A stretch of 21,849 nucleotides of DNA from Gemmatimonadales bacterium (GCA_035577525.1 DATLVL010000009.1:1-21849), one strand, 5' to 3'. Counted from the first letter of the stretch, positions 1 through 7,648 are shown. Notes: a model not told the origin generated them from the sequence alone. Made by a program: numbers and translations.

Positions 1-401
1 AGAGCTTCCCCGCCGCGGCAAGGCACGACGGCGATGACTGCTTCGAGCGGCAGCGGCTGCGTGACGAGGTCCGGGCGCTCCTTGCTCTCCCCTTTCAGGG
101 CGCTGCCGAGTACGCGGGCGATCGCCACGCTCAGGAACGACGACGCGACGTACGGCCGGTCATTGACGTACTGCTGCAGTAGGCCGCCATCGCCGGCAGG
201 GCCCTGGCGGCCGCGCACGAGGCCGACCCCGTCCACGTCGAGCAGCAACGCGGCGGTGCAACGGTCGGGCGTCGCCTCCGGATAGAAGACGTGCGCCCGA
301 CCGAAGGCGAGGTCGAAACTCTGCGCCCGGGCCGGGTTCTTGTGCAGCAGGTACCCCAGATCCGTCGCCGGGCGCAGCGTCGTCGTCAGCGCGAGCAACA
401 T
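1..401 (-). CDS. hen1: Hen1-like RNA 3'-terminal ribose 2'-O-methyltransferase, N-terminal part only (partial CDS; the C-terminus lies beyond the left edge)
   Basis: ATG at 401..399. Hand translation of the minus strand gives MLLALTTTLRPATDLGYLLHKNPARAQSFDLAFGRAHVFYPEATPDRCTAALLLDVDGVGLVRGRQGPAGDGGLLQQYVNDRPYVASSFLSVAIARVLGSALKGE... From memory this matches the conserved N-terminal domain of bacterial Hen1 from the Pnkp/Hen1 RNA-repair cassette (MLLTxTxT, GYLLHKNP, FGxAHVFYPE, RCTAALLLD, YVNDRPYVASSFLSVAI). The ORF is open to the window edge and is not in the ORF track because it has no stop in the window. Confidence 0.6.
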   Translation of the reverse strand, partial: MLLALTTTLRPATDLGYLLHKNPARAQSFDLAFGRAHVFYPEATPDRCTAALLLDVDGVGLVRGRQGPAGDGGLLQQYVNDRPYVASSFLSVAIARVLGSALKGESKERPDLVTQPLPLEAVIAVVPCRGGEA

Positions 402-402
402 G

Positions 403-720
403 TCATGCGTCCTCGTCCCAATTCGGATCCGCCTTGCGCTCGGCGGTGCGCGCGCGGTGGAAGGCGCGCGACAACGCCCGCTGATCGGCGGTGCACTGAT
501 AGATGTACTCGATGAGACGCGCCCGTGCGCGCACCCGCGCCCCCGTGAGGTCGACGAACATGACCCACTCGGGCACCGGTGATTCACTGAGCGACGCCTC
601 GATCGCTTGCGCCATCTCGCGGCTCACGGCCCACCACTCGATGTGCGTCACCACGAGGAAGTAGTCGACCGGCAACTCGGGCCGACCCGCCTGCTCGTAC
701 CGCTCTTTTGTGATCTTCAT
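403..720 (-). CDS. hypothetical small protein (105 aa), tightly coupled upstream of hen1
   Basis: Within ORF 403..753(-). The internal ATG at 720..718 gives MKITKERYEQAGRPELPVDYFLVVTHIEWWAV...; the upstream extension is Arg-rich and starts with TTG. The stop TGA (405..403) lies 1 nt before the hen1 ATG (401..399), implying co-translation and an operon. I recognise no family. Confidence 0.55.
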   Translation of the reverse strand: MKITKERYEQAGRPELPVDYFLVVTHIEWWAVSREMAQAIEASLSESPVPEWVMFVDLTGARVRARARLIEYIYQCTADQRALSRAFHRARTAERKADPNWDEDA

Positions 721-748
721 GGTCCGCCGGCCGCGGACTGCGCGGCCC

Positions 749-795
749 CTCAAAAGAAATCGCCCCGTCCGGCGACGCGCGCGGACGGGGCGATC
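749..795 (-). terminator. strong intrinsic terminator on the minus strand (13-bp GC stem plus U-tract), 28 nt upstream of the 403..720 start codon
   Basis: Plus-strand 760..772 (tcgccccgtccg) pairs with 782..794 (cggacggggcgat), leaving a 9-10 nt loop gcgacgcgc. On the minus strand the hairpin is followed by TTTCTTTTG (plus-strand caaaagaaa at 751..759). Confidence 0.6.
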
Positions 796-812
796 AGTCG
801 CGGACTAGCCGT

Positions 813-938
813 CTAGATCGGTCCCGCTCGCCCCGCGTTGTCGGGCGTAAATGTGCACGGCGACGCCGCGCGTGGCCGCGAACGCGCCACCCGCACATCG
901 CCTGCTGCCTGTCGGCCATGCATCGCAAGGACAGTCAT
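813..938 (-). CDS. candidate leader peptide (uORF, 41 aa, Arg-rich) in the hen1-operon leader
   Basis: Minus-strand ATG at 938..936 is preceded by GAGGT with a 6-nt spacer (aggtttGAGGTaatcccATG). Translation is MTVLAMHGRQAAGDVRVARSRPRAASPCTFTPDNAGRAGPI, with stop TAG at 815..813. The last codons (gcg ggg cga, 836..828) are complementary to the 5' arm of the downstream terminator. Short ORFs in GC-rich DNA can be chance; this call rests on the SD and on context. Confidence 0.3.
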   Translation of the reverse strand: MTVLAMHGRQAAGDVRVARSRPRAASPCTFTPDNAGRAGPI

Positions 939-1008
939 GGGATTACCTCAAACCTCTGCTCGTCTGACGCCACATCGTGTACTCGCTATTGAACTTCAGG
1001 ACGGCCGG

Positions 1009-1037
1009 ATTCTAACAGGGCGGGGCGACAACTCCAA
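1009..1037 (-). promoter_or_regulatory. candidate sigma70-like promoter for the leader, uORF and hen1 operon
   Basis: Minus strand reads TTGGAG - 17 nt - TAGAAT (plus-strand ctccaa at 1032..1037 and attcta at 1009..1014). It sits just downstream of the metalloprotease stop. Sequence-pattern only. Confidence 0.25.
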
Positions 1038-1044
1038 GGAGGGA

Positions 1045-2772
1045 CTACTGGCCCGGCGGCAGGCGGAACACCGCCATCCCGGGATTGAGCGTTGCCGGAA
1101 ACGCCGCCCCGCCCGGCGCCGCGAACCGCACCGAGACCGCCGCCGAGCTCGCGGGCGTGTCCAGCCGGAAGTAGGTCACCGTACCGGGATAGAGCACCGC
1201 GGTCGACGTGTCGCCGGTGACGGCAAAGAGCTGGACCGGCATCGGCAACGGGATATCGGAGCTCGGCCCGGAGGTGGTGAACAGTCTGGCCCACAGCTGC
1301 CGCATGTTGCGCGACGTGAACCGGTCGACGGCCGGTGCCGTGGTGCGCGGCAGACCGGGCAGGCTGTCGGTGTAGAGGGCCAGCCCGAAGTCGGCGAACA
1401 GCGCGGGGAACGGCCGGCCCGTGGCCTGCTCGATGTCCGCCACACCCCCCGCTGGACCGAGCTCGAGCTGCCGGTACATCCCGGCCCCTCCCTGATCGAC
1501 GAGCCAGCGCACCAGGAGCCACGCGCCACCACGCCACGAGTCGCCCGGCTGGTCATCCGATTCGAGCGTGATGCTCGCGGTGTCGGGCAGCAGCCCGAAC
1601 TCATAGGAGTCGAACAGGAAGCTCTGCACGAAGCCTTGTGCCGAGTCCGGGAACAGCTGCGACGGATCGGTGCGGCACGACGGCGGCGGACAACGCGACT
1701 CGTAGTAGAGCGAGCCCAGCTCCTCCGCCGCGATACTCATTCCTTCGTCCAGCCAGCTGGCCTCGGGTTGCCCGCCCCCGACTACGACGTGCTGCGAGTA
1801 GCTGATGAGGTGCTGCAGCTCGTGCAGGAACACGGCCGGCACGTCAAAACCCACTTCATCCACGGTGTGCGCACAGCTCGACACGCCGTTCGGGTCCGGC
1901 ACGATCGAGTAGAAGATCTCGCCCTGGTTCGAGTGCGGGTCGGACGAACCGGAGAAGTCTTCGGGGTTGAAAAATCCCGCGACGAATCCTTGGGTCGAGC
2001 AGGTCGCCGCCGGCGTGTCCGCGTTCACCACCTTGGACATCAGCATGATGATGCGGCCGTTCTGGTCGATGTCGGAGGGCTTCCCGAACGCGGCGGTGTC
2101 GATGGGCCAGAGCGTCTGGTCAAAGTAAGACCCGAATGTCTGGAGCTGCGCGGGCGTGAAGCCGGATGGAGCGAGCGTGTCGAGGTAGAGCAGCAGGTTG
2201 GTGCCGCTGTAGGCGAGTCGCGCGGTCACCGTCGCGAACGTCGCAGACGTAAAGTTCGAGAGCACCTGGAAGTTGTGTATCGTGTCGGGCGCTGCCATGC
2301 TCGCGAGACTCTGGCGCCGCAGCGCGGGCGTGCGCAACGTGCCGGACCGCGCCAGCTCCGTCCCCTGCTCGCGCAAATAGCGATCCGCCATGCGCTGCGC
2401 CGTCAATGGCCGAGCCCGGAGCCCTTGCAGCTGTGCTGCCGCGTGCATCCGATTGGCCGCGGCGGCGGGTGACAGCGTTCCGCTGGCAACGCTGTAGTTC
2501 ACCAGCTGAAATGGCGCCTGGTCGGTAGCAAACTCTGGGACAATGAGATAGCTCGCGCCGCCACCGGCGAAGGTGACCGTCGTGCCGCCGTTGCTGCAGT
2601 CGAGCCGCAACGTCGCCGCGACGGCGAGCCGCACCGTGTCGCTGGGCAGGCAGGGATTACGAGTGAAGGTAAACGTGTGCGGAGCCGTCGAGTCCGAGCT
2701 GTTACAGGCGACGGCGCCGACAGCGGCGCAGACGATGGCGAGGCGAGACCGGGGAGCCGAGGGAGCCCTCAC
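1045..2772 (-). CDS. secreted/lipoprotein zinc metalloprotease (HExxH...E gluzincin-like)
   Basis: ORF 1045..2892(-). It contains HELQH followed by a downstream Glu (WLDEGMS), i.e. an HExxH-x(n)-E zinc-protease motif. I prefer the internal GTG at 2772..2770 as the start, giving MRAPSAPRSRLAIVCAAVGAVAC|NSS, a lipoprotein-type signal with Cys. The GTG at 2892 would add a 40-aa pre-signal extension and overlap the upstream gene. The start is uncertain. Confidence 0.7.
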   Translation of the reverse strand: MRAPSAPRSRLAIVCAAVGAVACNSSDSTAPHTFTFTRNPCLPSDTVRLAVAATLRLDCSNGGTTVTFAGGGASYLIVPEFATDQAPFQLVNYSVASGTLSPAAAANRMHAAAQLQGLRARPLTAQRMADRYLREQGTELARSGTLRTPALRRQSLASMAAPDTIHNFQVLSNFTSATFATVTARLAYSGTNLLLYLDTLAPSGFTPAQLQTFGSYFDQTLWPIDTAAFGKPSDIDQNGRIIMLMSKVVNADTPAATCSTQGFVAGFFNPEDFSGSSDPHSNQGEIFYSIVPDPNGVSSCAHTVDEVGFDVPAVFLHELQHLISYSQHVVVGGGQPEASWLDEGMSIAAEELGSLYYESRCPPPSCRTDPSQLFPDSAQGFVQSFLFDSYEFGLLPDTASITLESDDQPGDSWRGGAWLLVRWLVDQGGAGMYRQLELGPAGGVADIEQATGRPFPALFADFGLALYTDSLPGLPRTTAPAVDRFTSRNMRQLWARLFTTSGPSSDIPLPMPVQLFAVTGDTSTAVLYPGTVTYFRLDTPASSAAVSVRFAAPGGAAFPATLNPGMAVFRLPPGQ

Positions 2773-2849
2773 GAGGCTAAGTGGTACTGCGAGCCCGCCA
2801 CGAAGTTCCTGAGCAATGCTCGCGTTAACAAGGCCGGGCGTGTGCCGTC

Positions 2850-4997
2850 TTACGCGCCCCCGCGAATGACCTCGACACGCAGCTCCACCCACCCGTCGAC
2901 CTGGTAGTACTCGGCCCGCAGCCGGTGTCGTCCGCCGGCGATCGGCACCTCGTCGACCTGCGACTCGTGCGGCGTCCAGGCATCGACCCTAAGTGTGTCG
3001 TCGACCCAAACGCGCACCGCGTCGTCGCTGATGGTGCGGAGCCGGAAGGACCCGGGCGGCAGGTCGACGGAGCCGGTGGCGTCGAGCGACCAGTGCTCCT
3101 GCGGAAGGTGGGCCATCGATCGAGGCGGCCGGTACCACATGAAATCGAGCCGCGGCGCCAGCCCCGAATCGATCGGTTGCGCGAACCGGTTGGCGCTGTC
3201 GCTCCAGGTGAAGAAGCGCATGCGCCAATCGATCGGCGGCTCGAATCGGCCATAGGAGAATCGATAGGGCTGCCCCACGGCGCGCGCGACCCCTCGCGGG
3301 GACATGGTTGCCGCGCCGCGATACTCGAGCGTGACGCTCCAGTCGCCCAGTGAATCCCTCGCCGGCGTGACTACGAGCGTGTCGCCGACTCGACCGCTTG
3401 TTCGTGAGAGCGCGGCAACGCCGCGACGTGACACCACACGCCAGCGACCCGCCGGGCCGAGGACCGCGAGCCGCAACGGCACGGCGCGCGTCGAGTCCTC
3501 TGCCACCGGCCACAGTTTCGGACTACGCCAATCATAGGGGCCCCATTCATCTACTATGATGGCCGACCGGTCCCGCCGCGACATGGCCGACACGGGGTAA
3601 CCGGACAGCGTCGGCAAGCCGGTCGCCGGCTCGGCCGTCGGCAGCGATGTGTCGCGCGTCGTCACATTGTCGCTGATGTCGACCCGGGCCGTATCCCGCA
3701 GCACCGCGAGCGAGTCGACGTCGAGCCAGTGGTTGGCAGTGAAGCCGAGTCCCGAAGTCTGTCGCGCGCGCAGCGCGACACGGTTCCGCACAAACACATT
3801 GAAGGAGATCCGATAATCGCGGCTGCGCGTGTCGTGGTGTTTGGGGTAGCCCCAGTCCGAAGGCTCGATCGAGTCGGCCCACAGCTGGATCGCCGTCGAG
3901 TCGTGGGCAAAGCGATTTGCCTCGATGAGGTTGTCCTGCCCGTGCTCGATCGCGATGCCGGTCCGGTTGCCGCGGAAATCGTTGCCGGCGATGTGCGACG
4001 AGAAGCTGTACCCGCCCCACACACCGTATTCGCTTCCCCAGGCGCGGTTGTTGACGATGTCGTTGCGACTGAACGTTGCTTCGATGCCATTGGCCGTCGC
4101 GTAGCTGACGTCGTTTCCATAAATCAGGTTGTCGTTCGCGCCACCCGTCCCTGAATCCATCGTCGTCTGCCCTGCCCACAGAAACACGCCGTCGCCGCCG
4201 TGCGTGAGCGAGTTATCGGCGATGATGTTGTGGCAGCTCTGCTCGTAGATCAGCAAGTCCGCCGAATCCTGGCCGCGCGTGTACCAGCGATGGCTGTAGC
4301 CGCGCACGTCGTAGTCGATGCGGTTGTGGAGGATCGAATCGTCGGAAGAGCGATACAGTCCCACGCCGAGGCCGGAATTGAACGAGAAGTCGTTGTCGCG
4401 AATCGCGACCCCGTCGCTCCGCACGACGAGCAGCGCGTTCATCCCCTGGCGCACGGTGTTGCCGCGCACCGCTCCCCCCGTCACGTCCGCCAGGTAGATC
4501 GCCGCGCCGTAGCGCAACCATTCATCGTGCTCGTTGTGGTGAAACGTCAACCAATCGACGAGGCTCTCGTGCTCCACCAGCGAGTAGAGCCGCGGCTTCC
4601 AGTTGTAGCTCAGGTCATTGTCGACAAGCGTGAGGCCGTGGGTGCCGCGCGCCAGGATGCCGACCTTGTAGCCGCGCACGCGAGCGCCCTGGAGCCGGAC
4701 GTTCGTGCCGCCAAGGACGATGATCGCGGTGTCTCGCGCCTGGTCAGGATCGGCCTCGGGTGAAATCCGCTGTAACGTCGCACCGCGGAAATCGACGCTA
4801 ATGCCGTCGCCTTTCACGGTAATCGGTGCGGTCAGCCGGTAGATCCGCGGAACGACACGGACCGAGCGCGTGATCACCATCCCCGACTGCAGCTCGATCG
4901 GGGCCTGTGCGAGGATCAGGACCAGAGGCAACACGGACAGGCCTACTGTACGGTCAGCTCCGCGTGCAGATCGGCGGTGGACGATTCTCCCACCCAC
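2850..4997 (-). CDS. right-handed parallel beta-helix repeat protein with a C-terminal PA14-like domain (putative polysaccharide-active enzyme), secreted
   Basis: 715-aa ORF. The N-terminus has a signal-like RRSARGADRTVGLSVLPLVLILAQA. The middle has many NxxDN, IxDN and GxxxxGN beta-helix repeat signatures (VDNDLSYN, IRDNDFSFN, IADNSLTHGGDG, IYGNDV, IEANRF). The C-terminus DDAVRVWVDDTLRVDAWTP...YYQVDGWVELRVEV looks like PA14. The GTG start at 4997 overlaps the GH3 gene by 55 nt, so the start is uncertain (alternatives are GTG 4934 or TTG 4931). Confidence 0.7.
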   Translation of the reverse strand: MGGRIVHRRSARGADRTVGLSVLPLVLILAQAPIELQSGMVITRSVRVVPRIYRLTAPITVKGDGISVDFRGATLQRISPEADPDQARDTAIIVLGGTNVRLQGARVRGYKVGILARGTHGLTLVDNDLSYNWKPRLYSLVEHESLVDWLTFHHNEHDEWLRYGAAIYLADVTGGAVRGNTVRQGMNALLVVRSDGVAIRDNDFSFNSGLGVGLYRSSDDSILHNRIDYDVRGYSHRWYTRGQDSADLLIYEQSCHNIIADNSLTHGGDGVFLWAGQTTMDSGTGGANDNLIYGNDVSYATANGIEATFSRNDIVNNRAWGSEYGVWGGYSFSSHIAGNDFRGNRTGIAIEHGQDNLIEANRFAHDSTAIQLWADSIEPSDWGYPKHHDTRSRDYRISFNVFVRNRVALRARQTSGLGFTANHWLDVDSLAVLRDTARVDISDNVTTRDTSLPTAEPATGLPTLSGYPVSAMSRRDRSAIIVDEWGPYDWRSPKLWPVAEDSTRAVPLRLAVLGPAGRWRVVSRRGVAALSRTSGRVGDTLVVTPARDSLGDWSVTLEYRGAATMSPRGVARAVGQPYRFSYGRFEPPIDWRMRFFTWSDSANRFAQPIDSGLAPRLDFMWYRPPRSMAHLPQEHWSLDATGSVDLPPGSFRLRTISDDAVRVWVDDTLRVDAWTPHESQVDEVPIAGGRHRLRAEYYQVDGWVELRVEVIRGGA

Positions 4998-7225
4998 ACG
5001 TCGAACACACTCGGCTCGACCCCCCAGCGCTTCGTCTGCGGGCTCCAGAACTGCAGCTCGTTCTTGCCCAGGGAAAAACGCAGCGTCTGCGTCTCGCCCG
5101 GTTTGAGCGTCACGCGGCGGAAGCCTTCGAGCTGCCGCACCGGGCGGGACGCCGAGCCGGAACGCTGATGGACATAGAGCTGCACGACGGCATCGCCTGC
5201 TACCGAGCCCGTGTTGGCGACGTTCACGCTCACCGCGACCGAGTCCCCTGCCTTCATCCTGGTCTTCGAGAGATGCAGGCTATCAAAGCGAAACGTCGTG
5301 TAGCTGAGTCCGTACCCGAACGGATAGAGCGGCTTGCTGGTAATGTCCCAGTACCGCGACGTGAACCGCGGATCGTTCTCCGGCATTTGCGTGAGATTGT
5401 GATTGTAGTAGAGCGGCTCCTGCCCCGCGGCGCGCGGCCAGCTCACTGGCAGCTTGCCGCCGGGATTCACGTCGCCGAACAGTACGTCGGCGATCGCATT
5501 GCCCCCCTCCACGCCGGGGAACCAGGCTTCGAGGATCGCCGCCGCGTGCACCGCCAGCCAGTTGATCTCGAGCGGCCGGCCGTTCTCGAGCACGACCACG
5601 ACCGGCTTGCCCGCCGCCCCTGCCGCCTCGACCATCTGCTCCTGAATCCCTGGGAGATCGAGCGTCCCGCGCGAGGCCCCCTCGCCGCTCATGAAGGCGG
5701 GCTCGCCGACGACGGCGATGACCAGATCGGCTGAATCCGCCGCGGCTCTGGCTTTGGCAATCCAATCGGCGACCTCCGCCGCGCTCGGCGGCGGCGTGGG
5801 CGCATGCCCCAGGAACGCGTCAAAGAATGAAGGAAACGTCTTCGACAGCGCCGGCCCCGGCACATAGGAGATCCGCGCCTGCGGGCCTAACCGATCCTTC
5901 AAAGCAGCGAGGACCGTGACCGCCGGGGCGTCCGTCCCCTGCCTGAAGACCCCAGCCGGAGTGGGACCTCCCGTCATGTCCGCGGGCGAGTCGGCGAGGC
6001 CGCCGATGACCGCGACGTTCTTGACCGCGCTGGACAACGGCAACGCGTGATTGTCGTTCTTCAAGAGCACCATCGACCGGCTGCCGAGCCTTCGGTCGAG
6101 CGCCCGACCCTCTGGCGTCACATCGCTGACGATCTCGGCTTCGTTCACGTAGGGATGCTCGAACAGCCCGATCTGGAGCTTGACCAGGAGGATCGGGAGC
6201 ACCGCCGAGTCGATTTTGGCGCGCGAGACTCTACCGCTCGCGACCAGCGCCGCCAGATGATCGCGGAACGTCCGGGTGGCCATGTCCATGCCGGCGCCCG
6301 CAGTGATGCCCTTGTAGGCCGCATCGGTGGAATCGGCGGCGAAGCCGTGCACCACGAGGCTCGCGATGGCCATCGCGTCGGACGTGACGAATCCATGAAA
6401 TCCCCATTCACGGCGCAGCACGTCGGTCAAAAGCCAGTGATTGCCGCCCGCGGGCACATCGTTCAGATCCATGTAGGCCGACATGACACTCCCCACGCCC
6501 TGCTGCACGGCGGCGTGGAACGGGACCAGATACACGTTCTCCATCAGCTCTTCGGGAACGTAGGAGGCATCGTAGTCGCGGCCGCCCTCGGCGGCCCCGT
6601 ATCCCGCGAAGTGTTTGACGCATGCGACGACGCTCGCTGGGCCCAGCGTGGCTCCCTGGAATCCGCGCACCTGCGCCCGCGCCATGGCGGCACCGAGGTA
6701 GGGGTCTTCGCCAGCGCCCTCCTGGATCCTCCCCCAGCGGGCGTCGCGCGCAACGTCGACCATCGGCGTGAACGTCCAGCGGATTCCGGTGCTCCTCGCC
6801 TCGCCCGCCGCGAAGGCCTGCGCCTGCTCTTCAACAGTGGGATCCCACGACGACGCCATTCCGAGGGGAATCGGAAACAGCGTGCGGTAGCCATGGATCA
6901 CATCGAGCCCGAAGAGCAGCGGGATGTGCAGTCGACTCTTCTCGACGGCGAGATGCTGCATCCGGTTCATCTCTTTCGGGTTCGCGAGCCAGAGGATGGC
7001 GCCGACGCCGCCGTGGATGATGTCCGAGTCGGAAGCCCCGGCGACGAAGCCGCCGAGGCCAGGGCCCGCGGACAGATAGAGCTGACCGATCTTCTCTTCG
7101 AGCGTCATCCGGGCGAGGAGAGCCCGCGCACGGCGCGCCGCGTCGGCGCTCGCGCCCGCGGCCTGAGCGGAGGCACGAGCGACAATGATCACCATGAGGG
7201 CAAGAACGAGTTGATGACGACGCAT
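4943..7225 (-). CDS. glycoside hydrolase family 3 beta-glucosidase (BglX-like, periplasmic)
   Basis: ATG at 7225..7223 with a GAGGAG SD 5 nt upstream. The signal peptide is MRRHQLVLALMVIIVARASAQA. GH3 hallmarks are present: RMTLEEKIGQL, KHFAGYGAAEGGRDY, the GFVTSDAMAI nucleophile region, and a C-terminal FnIII-like tail. The ORF track's start at 7246 is a TTG upstream extension. Confidence 0.85.
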   Translation of the reverse strand: MRRHQLVLALMVIIVARASAQAAGASADAARRARALLARMTLEEKIGQLYLSAGPGLGGFVAGASDSDIIHGGVGAILWLANPKEMNRMQHLAVEKSRLHIPLLFGLDVIHGYRTLFPIPLGMASSWDPTVEEQAQAFAAGEARSTGIRWTFTPMVDVARDARWGRIQEGAGEDPYLGAAMARAQVRGFQGATLGPASVVACVKHFAGYGAAEGGRDYDASYVPEELMENVYLVPFHAAVQQGVGSVMSAYMDLNDVPAGGNHWLLTDVLRREWGFHGFVTSDAMAIASLVVHGFAADSTDAAYKGITAGAGMDMATRTFRDHLAALVASGRVSRAKIDSAVLPILLVKLQIGLFEHPYVNEAEIVSDVTPEGRALDRRLGSRSMVLLKNDNHALPLSSAVKNVAVIGGLADSPADMTGGPTPAGVFRQGTDAPAVTVLAALKDRLGPQARISYVPGPALSKTFPSFFDAFLGHAPTPPPSAAEVADWIAKARAAADSADLVIAVVGEPAFMSGEGASRGTLDLPGIQEQMVEAAGAAGKPVVVVLENGRPLEINWLAVHAAAILEAWFPGVEGGNAIADVLFGDVNPGGKLPVSWPRAAGQEPLYYNHNLTQMPENDPRFTSRYWDITSKPLYPFGYGLSYTTFRFDSLHLSKTRMKAGDSVAVSVNVANTGSVAGDAVVQLYVHQRSGSASRPVRQLEGFRRVTLKPGETQTLRFSLGKNELQFWSPQTKRWGVEPSVFDVWVGESSTADLHAELTVQ

Positions 7226-7264
7226 GGCTTCTCCTCGGCTGTTCAAGGTGAGGCCACGATTATA

Positions 7265-7648
7265 TCAGGAAGACGTACAGGCGGGCACGCCCTCCTTGGT
7301 GGCAGGCGGCACGGACGTTGAGCCCATGAACACCGCGCAGGTGCGGGTCGTCGACACATGGCCGACGGTAGCGGTCCAGCCGTCGCCGGTGAGGGTGATC
7401 GTCGGTCCGGTCACCCCGACGGACGGGCTCCACAGCGATGCCGGAATGCTCGTGGCGTAGCTGCCGCTGTCGATTTTCCAGGACTCCTGCTGCGTCACCA
7501 GGTTGCGCAGGTCGGATTCCATGGCCGCGATCAACGCCTTATTGCGGGTCGAGCCGAGCTTCGGGATGACGATCGTGACGAGCAGGCCGATGATCGCCAT
7601 GACGATGATCAGCTCGACCAGCGTGAACCCGCGGGCGACGGCGCGCAT
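7265..7648 (-). CDS. type IV pilin / pseudopilin-like protein with a prepilin N-terminal cleavage/methylation domain
   Basis: ATG at 7648..7646 with an AAGGAG SD 6 nt upstream. MRAVARG|FTLVELIIVMAIIGLLVTIVIP is a class III leader with G at -1 and E at +5, followed by a hydrophobic helix. Two C-terminal Cys (TCAV...PACTSS) are typical of a pilin disulfide loop. The 96-aa N-terminal extension in ORF 7265..7936 was rejected. Confidence 0.8.
   Translation of the reverse strand: MRAVARGFTLVELIIVMAIIGLLVTIVIPKLGSTRNKALIAAMESDLRNLVTQQESWKIDSGSYATSIPASLWSPSVGVTGPTITLTGDGWTATVGHVSTTRTCAVFMGSTSVPPATKEGVPACTSS

Noticed and set aside
34-285. 83-aa + strand ORF at the left edge
   Set aside because: Antisense to the Hen1 N-terminal coding region, which shows specific family conservation on the minus strand.
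838-2472. 544-aa + strand ORF
   Set aside because: Extremely Arg/Gly/Pro-rich and of low complexity, typical of an out-of-frame reading of GC-rich DNA. It lies antisense to the metalloprotease gene, whose frame has clear HExxH/signal-peptide features.
3547-4763. several 140-210-aa ORFs on both strands inside the beta-helix gene
   Set aside because: Overlapping-frame artefacts. The 715-aa frame carries the coherent beta-helix repeat signatures.
6047-7321. 424-aa + strand ORF
   Set aside because: Antisense to the GH3 gene, which has unambiguous family motifs. The composition (R/G/D/H-rich) is a GC-frame artefact.
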